Assembly: GCA_951406725.2 (NCBI GenBank)
Contig: OX597822.1
Location: 75,516,001-75,580,000 of the forward strand
Source: Octopus vulgaris
Lineage: Eukaryota
Direction of reading: 5' to 3'
Length of the DNA: 64,000 bases
The notes under the pieces are model-generated. The model worked only from the letters and a program-made list of their open reading frames with translations. It had not been told where the DNA came from and made no database searches. Below are positions 54,921 to 64,000 of the stretch, in pieces (the first letter of the stretch is position 1; every line of letters starts with the position of its first letter). The position numbers were made by a program, and so were the translations under genes.

Positions 54921-54989
<69 letters not shown>

Positions 54990-55036
54990 ATATGTATATG
55001 TGTGTGTGTGTGTGTATGTACATATACACACAAATC

Positions 55037-55084
<48 letters not shown>

Positions 55085-56266
55085 ATATATGTATGTCATG
55101 TGTATATATGTATGCATATGAATTATGATCTCACCCACGGGATCGTGTAGCAAAAATAAGAGAATATCTTATGGTTTTACTGGGGCATCGGTAGCAGGTT
55201 CGTGCGTTCTTGATCGTAGCAATTGCTACTAGTAGATTCAGTGAGGAACTAGTATAAAAGCCCCCATCATAATATAGAAGCACAACAAATGTAACTTTAA
55301 CCTGGTTTAATCCACTGTTCAGCATATAGTTACTCACTAAGGTAGCGGGAAACTTATCTCTACTAAAACAACACTTCGAACACACAATTATCACTTCGAC
55401 ACCAATAATATTGAAATCAGCTTGTTTTATCTGGTTAACTTTCATTCTTATGTCACACAATTATAGCTATTGTGTGAAAGATACTGTAACTAAAAACAAC
55501 CTTGACAGTCTACACTCCAAACAGCAACGTCTAAGTGTAGAAATCCTCCTTTCTAACGACAGAGGTCTTTTCTTTATAATGCAGTAATACATAAAACAGT
55601 GACGAAATCACAGCTCAGTATTTAATAAAGATATATGGGAATCACCAGCAGCACTTTTAAAATCGTCATTACCAGCATCTAAAGACATACAATAAGAGAG
55701 AGAAACAAACTTGCATACATGTCTCAGTTTGTACGAAAACTCTGTGACTATGAATCGAAATGTACTTCAACAATATAGCACATTGTCTACAATGCAATAT
55801 TGTAGATAATACCTGAAAGAATAATTCTGGATATTAAAATTGTTGGATTTATTACTTAAATGGATTTAAGAGGTAGTGTCTAATTCACGTCATTGAAGCA
55901 AAATCGTGATGAACAACTTCAATACGCATAAATCAAAGATCACAGACTATCGATTTAAACCACAAACCAACACATTCAAGAAGCATCAGAGAGCAGCTGC
56001 TCCATCATGATCATAACGCACCTAAAACAGGTGATTTCCGTTAAATTCCGCTGGAAATTGCCATATTATACATCTGAATTATAAATAAACTGATTCCTCA
56101 ACTAATTCCTGATATATACATACATACATATATATATATACATACATATGTATGTACATACATATATACATATATATATATACATACAAATGGCGGTGCC
56201 CCAGCATGGCCACAGCTCGTGACAGCTCGTGACTAGATAAAATAAAATAAAATAAAATAATACATG

Positions 56267-56315
<49 letters not shown>

Positions 56316-57589
56316 GAATTTTCAGGCGAGGAAAACAAAAACGCTCATTACATGGGGTCCACTTTGGAGATCCTACATACAATAAATCACACTACATTTC
56401 ATACGGGTGTATACTTACCATCACAAATGGAATACCTGCCTATCAATGTTCAGTTGTCTTGGCTAGTATCATCTTCCGTATTTCACTGGATCGCAGGGTA
56501 AATACACAATTTATTATGTAATTATTTTGTGTCCTGAAAGAGACCAATTGTGCATTTATTGTTTACTTTGATTATAGTTAGTTTGAATTTAAAAATTCTA
56601 AACCACCAGACAAATATTAAACTTTGTAATGTCTCAGAGATTATCTTGTGATTATACATCTCCTGTCGTCTCTAAACTTATTTTATAACTGAAATACTAG
56701 TTATTTATTATATAATTTAACTCAAAAACACCACGCATTGCCCTGTACAGGAATCGAAACTACAATCTTACGATTATGACTCCAAACCTCCGAACCACTA
56801 AGCCATGCGCTCTCATGTATTCTTGAGCAAAACACTCCATTTCACCTTGAAATAGTAAACTCAGCTGGTAGAACTGAATGATCCCGCGACCGACCAGTCA
56901 GAGAAACCGAGAAACCGTACCTACTCTCGTTACAGAATAACACTGACTAATCCTCCATCCACTGCACAATATAAATGTCGATTCACAGAAAACAAAAACA
57001 TGTAAGCTCCAAAAAGGATTAATCTCGGTCTCTTCAAATACTAAAGCAGTGCACTTCAGTGTTTTCTGTTGTTGTATTCTCAACATTTATACTCTAAGCA
57101 TTTAATTATCCCTTTCAATAAAGACGAGGAAAAGAATGGAATATCAGTCCTTCTAGATAAGGTGAAGACGTTTATAGTTGGTTTTAAGATCTCTAAAGAT
57201 CATCGGACTTATGCTGAGAGAAAATTTCTCGGGTGGCTGCAAGTTAAAGTTTCTCTTAGTTTTTTCTTTTGAATTTTCTTTTCCTACCTGATTCCTGCAC
57301 TTAACATTGTTTTTCATATCACACGTCTTCTCCAGAGATGCACCATCGTGTATATAGAAAACTTACTAAGCATATTTTTCTTTCTATTTAAAACTGAATC
57401 GAGTGTATTAATCTTCCTCGGGTATTTCTACGAACCAACGAAGTAATCTCTAATATCCCAATTAGACGTATTGAAATGGATGTATAAAAACTTGGATATG
57501 TTTCGACCAAAGATTGGTCCAGGTCATGTCTAACTTAATAGCACCACCTGATAGGATTATCTAAATCCTTTTTAAAGTCAAGCTTTGTT

Positions 57590-57860
57590 TATGGTCTATT
57601 CAAGTAGTGAGTTCTTGTTGAGTGAGTTGTAACCAGGTATGGGTAGCTTATCTGGTATTCCTTGAAGAAATCTGTCCAGACTCCGTTTAAAGGTGATGCG
57701 ATCCTTTTCCTCTTTAATCAGTTTTGGGACAATGTTAAACAGGGCTGGGCCTGTTGAGGAAAAACAAATTATGTCGCAGTGTACTTATATGTTGTGATCT
57801 TCAATTGGGCAGGGAACGTGATGTATAAAAATAACCAAGAGATCATAGTTGACACATTTT
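57590..57860 (-). mobile_element. CR1-like LINE 3' fragment
   Basis: FSSTGPALFNIVPKLIKEEKDRITFKRSLDRFLQGIPDKLPIPGY. Confidence 0.65.
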
Positions 57861-58118
57861 TCTTTATCAAAGATTCGCACAATCGTGACAAAGTTGGGAC
57901 CAAAACCAACAACGAAACATCAGTCAACAAAACACCTTTTACAAGATCACTCGATGTGCATTAATTATCGACTATATCTGCCATTTTAAATATAGATACA
58001 TTAGTTAATGTTGTTTCCGACAGCAAATAGACAAAAAAAGTTGTTGTCAATCGTTTTTTGCCAGTGGATCACATTGATTCCTGTTTTATTTCGGGGAACC
58101 CACATATTCAGAGTTTAA

Positions 58119-58244
58119 GGCGCGACTGTGTGGTAAGTAGCTTGCTTCGCAGCCACATTGTTCCAGGTTTAGTCCCACTACATAGCACCTTGACCAAAGC
58201 TTTGTGAGTGGTTTTAATAGACGGAAATTGAAAGAAGCCCGTTG

Positions 58245-58296
<52 letters not shown>

Positions 58297-58505
58297 CGTG
58301 TGTGTGTGTGTGTGTTTGTCGCAGCCACCGCTTGAAAACCGGTGTCCCCGTAAAATGGCGGTTCGGCATAAGACTAATAGAATGAGTTTTAGGTTTTCAA
58401 AGATAAGTTCTAGTGTTGATTTGATTAGTTCAACTAAAACCTATCAAGGCAATGCCCCAGCTTCGTCGCAGTCAAATTACTGAAACGAGATAAAAGAGAA
58501 AAGAT
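58119..58505 (+). mobile_element. SINE B, diverged
   Basis: Head, microsatellite and tail layout. Confidence 0.75.
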
Positions 58506-58604
58506 ACTTTTTATAATTGGATATTATTAGGAATCGTATTTTAAAAAATTACTAAAATATTTTGTGTATTATAGTCGTATAAGAAAATTATTACTGTTTA
58601 CACT

Positions 58605-58940
58605 TTTACTCTTTTACTTGTTTCAGTCAATTGACTATGGCCAAGCCTAGTACTTATTCTATTGGTCTCTTTTGCCAAACCGGAAGGTTACGGGGATGTA
58701 AACACACCAGCATTGGTTGTCAAGCAATATTGGAGGGAAAAACACGGACATACAAACATATACACACACATACATATATATACATATATACGGCAGGCTT
58801 CTCTCAGTTTCCGTCTACCAAGTCCACTCACAAGGCTTTGGTCAGCCCGAGGCTAGCCCAAGGTGCCATGCAGTGGAAGTGAAACTGGAACCATGTGGTT
58901 CGTAAGCAAGTTACTTACCACACAGCCACTCCAACGCCTA
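58605..58940 (-). mobile_element. SINE B
   Basis: Reverse complement AGGCGTTGGAGTGGCTGTGTGGTAAG...ACTGAAACAAGTAAAAGAG. Confidence 0.8.
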
Positions 58941-60216
58941 TTGCTCACAAATTTTAACAAAAAATTCTTACAGTGGCCCTTATATGCCATATGGAACCCC
59001 AAGTTTCACATGAACCCCTGCTGTAAACCATTGGACCAGACAGTCACTGCTAAAGCACCGTTGATCATAAATCTACTTGTTCTGATTTGGCCTCGGGTTA
59101 AACACCAACGGCATCGAAAACGGCAACTATCTATTAGACTAAAAACTATAACGACACTATCTCTTCAATAATAACTAGTTAAAAATAGAAGAAAAAATAT
59201 TCTGCTAGCGTTTTAAGTTAGTAGTATTGATTTCTATACGCTAAATTATTTACTGTTATTTTAAATCTCCTTAGTTAATATTCTCTTTTTTTCAGTATTT
59301 TATTTGTATCTTGTTTTGAGCTGAAAAAATATACATATTAGGAAATCATTAGTCACAAAAAGATAACAACAAAAAAAAAAAAAGATCTCTTGAGAGAAAG
59401 TTGTATTCTGTTGAATGTAGATTTTGAGACAAGATAAAAATGCTGCATAGGTGTATTATATGCTATTAGCTTTAAGTTACCAAAATTGCATAATCATCAG
59501 ACTTATACATTATGGTCAGGTGACTCAGCATAAAGCGTAAGCCACCCCCTCCAACGGTACCTCTTCTTCTACAGATAATATCACACACACACACACATAA
59601 ACGCACATACACATAAACGCACATACACATACACGCACGCACACTCACACACGCACATTATTCCTTTCTAACCAACGGCATGTAAATTTTATCGAAATGT
59701 AACTGTACAGATTCCATTAACATAGATGTCGAAAACATCCTCCAATGGAATCATGGCTTCTCTTTCTTCAACAGTAACATTAAAAACGTTAACCCTTCCA
59801 TCCAGATACTCGACATCTATATCACGAAAATATTATCGTATCTCATCCCCGTCCAAGATGAGGAGCCCACAACTAGATTCAGCGCCATCTCTTCAACTGC
59901 GTAGCTTCCATTCCTGAGAATTCCTTCTGGTGACTACACATCTATAGAGATTGCATCCGAAAGACTCTCTTCAGAGCGAGGAAATACTCCCACTCTAGAG
60001 TGTAAGAACCGTTAACCTTTTGCGGAACTCAAATGCGGTTCACAGTAGAGCCTATATCAGGCATCATGCTACAGCAGCAATCACAGGAGCTTGAGACAGC
60101 ATTTAGATTGTCGCAGTCATTGACAAATGCACTTCGATCTTTCGCACACAAGCTGTTTCATCTCTCCCCATTCCTCTCTTTGTTGCCATTTCTCACTCTC
60201 TGTCTGTCTGCCTGCA

Positions 60217-60247
<31 letters not shown>

Positions 60248-60769
60248 GCCTTTTTTTGCAGCTTTCACAGTAGTTTCTCTTTCCCAGAGCTGGTTATTTT
60301 CATGCCTCATTCACTCAGGTACTCTTGTAACTCGTCCTTCCGTCATTTCTATTCTTCCCAAAACTCATAATCAGTCCCTAACCACCACATCTAGTTCCCA
60401 CCACAGAGCATAATCCTTCTGCACTACCTTCCGCCTCTGCACTCACTTTTCTTGCAGTTGTCAAATTGCAACAGTTTAAACGAAAAGTAGCGACATCGAT
60501 CTCATCATTCTGCGGTGGCGTGCAAAAAGCCCTGGGAACGACTCTTTTTTCCAGCAGAAACTAACGAAAATTGCTAGAATATACAACATCCACGCTGTAT
60601 ATTCTATATAATAAGAGTAAAGTAGCTACAGATGTAAATATAGATAACTTCTGAACTATTTTTCTGTGAGATTAGAGCTACTTTACAATACTTGTTCATC
60701 TGAGATTTTAAGCATAAACTTGAACTCTGCAAACTGTTTGTTATGCTATAGAAACAAGTCGAGTATAGA

Positions 60770-61163
60770 CTTTTCTACTCTTGGCATAAATCCTGAAATT
60801 TTAGGGGAGGAGGTCAGTCGATTAGATCGACTCCAGTACACAACTGGTACTTAATTTATCGACCCCGAAAGGATAAAAGTAAAGTCGACCTCGGTGGAAT
60901 TTTAACTCATAGCGTAAAGATAGACGTAATACATATTTCTTTACTACCCACAAGGGGCTAAACACAGAGGTGACAAACAAGGACAGACAACGGATTAAGT
61001 CGATTATATCGACCCCAGTGTGTAACCGGTACTTATTTAACGACCCCGAAAGGATGAAAGGCAAAGTCGACCCCGGTGGAATTTGAACTCAGAACGTTGC
61101 GGCAGACGAAATACCGCTAAACATTTCGCCCGGCGTGTTAACGATTCTGCCAGCTCGCCACTT
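60770..61163 (-). mobile_element. SINE A dimer
   Basis: Same architecture as 9403-9805. Confidence 0.85.
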
Positions 61164-61948
61164 TAAGTCGAGTGTATTCAGAGAGAACTGTGGTTTATAT
61201 GTTATTGGTGGGTTATATGAACGTGGGATCGTTGTGATACATACAGGTGTGCCAAGTAATCCTCGTTTGAAGAATATTTACTTGTAATGGAGTGAGGAAA
61301 ACGTTTTAATGCGAAAGAGCTGAGGCTTATGCTGTGACCAAACAGCTCAAAGTAGTATGTACTCGTTGAAAGTACGAAATAACTCTTGAAATTACGAATT
61401 CCTGATATAGAATCATAGCCGATATCTTTTATTACGGATTGGTTTTAAAAATATGAAGATCATGCGGCTTTTTAAATAATTGTTTTTAATTTTAAAAACA
61501 TGAAAAATGATTGTCTAATCTGTCTGATATGTGCAAGTACACGAAACACTTGGCCCTTGAGTTACACTGATTAAAAACAAAATAAATACATATGTACTAA
61601 TTTTGTTGTATCTTGGGAGGGTCATTATGCCAATAATAAACACGCTTCACTTTCTCGTTTATTTCTCGGTTAGTTAATTATTTAACAATTTAATTAATAG
61701 GTTTATTTGATCATTCGGTTAATCAACCAGTCAGATAGGTTTGTCAAAGTTCTTTCGTCCATGTCTGCTTCCAAGATACAAAAAGCCATCTTCCAACACA
61801 AGTTCACTTCATGAGTTTTGCAAATCAAATATATAATCGAAATATGTACTAATGCTTTGAGTTCGCTTTTCCTCTTTGCATTACCAAAGCTAAAATAATA
61901 TCTATAGATTTCTTCCACTCCTTGATAAACGAAAAGCTGTGCCAAGAG

Positions 61949-62374
61949 CAGGGCCTGATTAAGACCCATCGAGACCCTAAGCACTTAAAAGATTTTGGTA
62001 CCCTCATAAAAGACTATATAATTCAAAATATACACGATAACAAACCATAAAATAAATTTGTATTTTTCAAATTGAAACAAAACAGTAAGAGGGAAAATAA
62101 TGTTTATTTTTTTATACTTCTACTTTATTTATATCTGAAAAGTTCCTCCTACTTTTTTGAATTTCAAATCCTTTGATCAGATCCTCATAATTAATCTTAG
62201 GTAACACATCTGCATCTATACTTAGTAGAGATAAAGGCATCCCGAATATTATTTAGCAAGTTTAAAGCGATTTCTTTTGTGCCGTAAACCATTTACAGTT
62301 TCTGTGGTTGCCTCTCTCCCTCCCTTGATGCCCTAAGCACGTGCTTCTTTTGTTCAATGGTTAATCCAGTGCTG
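61949..62374 (-). mobile_element. Internally deleted hAT transposon with 8-bp TSD
   Basis: TIRs CAGGGCCTGATTAA and TTAATCCAGTGCTG; TSD GCCAAGAG/GTCAAGAG; minus-strand LSLLSIDADVLPKINYEDLIKGFEIQKSRR (hAT dimerisation-domain end). Confidence 0.75.
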
Positions 62375-62634
62375 GTCAAGAGGCAAACGACGGAATCTCA
62401 ACGCAGTAGGGTGAACCGTCAGAAATAGCAAGCGTATGTGCTTCAAATAACAAGGAAACCCCTTAAAACGAAAATAGCACATTAGATTATTAAACATTGA
62501 CGGCTTAAATATCATTAAAAAGACAGAATGGTCACGGCCGGAATGCCTTAGAATATACATCAACCAGATTACGGTTGAATTTTGACTACAAACCAATAAA
62601 GCAATCACATGTGTAACCTTAACAACTAAATTAT

Positions 62635-62840
62635 GGTTCCTACTTTTGGAACAAGGCCAAAATACTTAATGGGAGGAGGTTAATCGATTTCATCTGCTTT
62701 ATAGCTTGCCTGGTACTTATTTTACTGATTCCGAAATAATGAAAGACAAGGTCGACACCTGTGGAATCTGAACTCAGAACGTAAAACCTGAAGAAATGCC
62801 GCTAAGCATTATGCTCGTCGCGCTAACGATTCGCTCGCCT
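62635..62840 (-). mobile_element. SINE A monomer, diverged
   Basis: Reverse complement GAATCGTTAGCG...TTCTGAGTTCAGATTCC. Confidence 0.7.
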
Positions 62841-63254
62841 CCATCTGAAATAGCTAAATAATAAAGTCAATACTTATAAAATGTAACATATTTTAATATT
62901 CTGTATCGTACATCAATAAAGAATTTTCTACAAATATGCGATCAGCAGGAACTAAAAGACGACAATATATAAACACATATCCGTAATATTCAGAACTAAA
63001 TCTGAATTGAAACGTACAGATATGCCTTTTCATGAATTCTATGGAAATTCTTTAAATGCATAAACATAGATATACCAATAGAAAACCTCACAGCGGAGAC
63101 ACACACGTAAACACATACAAACTCATACACACACACACACTCACAGGACCATATTATGCATAGACATATTTCATCGCTAATGATACCGAAATAAATTTAA
63201 TAGCTGTGTGTGTGTGTGTGTGTGTGCTTGTATAAAATATACACACATTTATGC

Positions 63255-63303
<49 letters not shown>

Positions 63304-63413
63304 TACATATTTATATACATACATATGCACATATATAAATATACAATTATAGATATATATGTATACAATTATACATATATGTGTGTGTGTATAAAATATA
63401 CACATATTTATGC

Positions 63414-63444
<31 letters not shown>

Positions 63445-63559
63445 CGCATATATATATATATACATATATACATACACACACATATATACATATTTATATA
63501 CATACATATGCACATATATAAATATACAATTATAGATACATATGTATACATACAAATGC

Positions 63560-63590
<31 letters not shown>

Positions 63591-63832
63591 TGTATGTGCG
63601 TCTAAACACGCACACACGTTCACTCATATTCATACATATATTTACATATAATTATAGATGTAATTGCGTCTATGTATGCTCTTTAACATGTATAATTATG
63701 TGTATTATTGCGTGTAGATACGAATGCGTATGTATGGCTTTTATACGCACACAAACGCACACAGGACACATACGCACACACACACATACACACATACAAC
63801 ACATACATGCACATATTTATATATACAAAGAC

Positions 63833-63888
<56 letters not shown>

Positions 63889-64000
63889 AGACAGAGAAAG
63901 ATAGGGAGAGAGCGAGAGAGAGACAGGGTGGAAGAGACCGAGAGAAACGCGAGAGTCTGCTACCATCAGTTAACTATTTATCTTGCATATTCAAGTTTTA

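Larger units (their letters stand above)
54465..54923. mobile_element. Near-perfect palindrome (two 196-bp arms around a (TA)n spacer), each arm carrying a hammerhead
   Basis: Arms 54465-54660 and 54728-54923 differ at only 2 positions by eye; (TA)n outside and in the centre. Confidence 0.9.

Overview
AT-rich eukaryotic DNA made almost entirely of repeats. I found no recognisable host protein-coding exon; nearly all tracked ORFs are translations of microsatellites. The SINE repertoire and the very high (TA)n/(TACA)n/(TAA)n density fit an octopus (coleoid cephalopod) intron or intergenic region; this assignment comes from my recognition of the repeats, not a search. Contents: two abundant tRNA-derived SINE families (called A and B here), other tRNA/CORE-type SINEs, decayed LINEs (R4/Dong-like RLE, Tx1-like, CR1-like), mariner and hAT remnants, a Helentron-type element, MITEs and minisatellites. 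The main hidden signal is a set of type I hammerhead ribozymes (HHRs) in several unrelated small non-coding elements. (1) A ~494-bp monomer repeated three times head-to-tail and then folded back once (35275-37352) has one HHR per monomer, resembling a retrozyme / circular-RNA system. (2) A near-perfect 196-bp-arm palindrome has two convergent intact HHRs (54465-54923). (3) An older palindrome has two divergent HHRs (4233-4456). Further decayed HHRs occur elsewhere. SINE A shares its 3' tail with a Tx1-like LINE, and SINE B shares its tail with CR1-like LINEs in the same window. All folds and alignments were done by eye.
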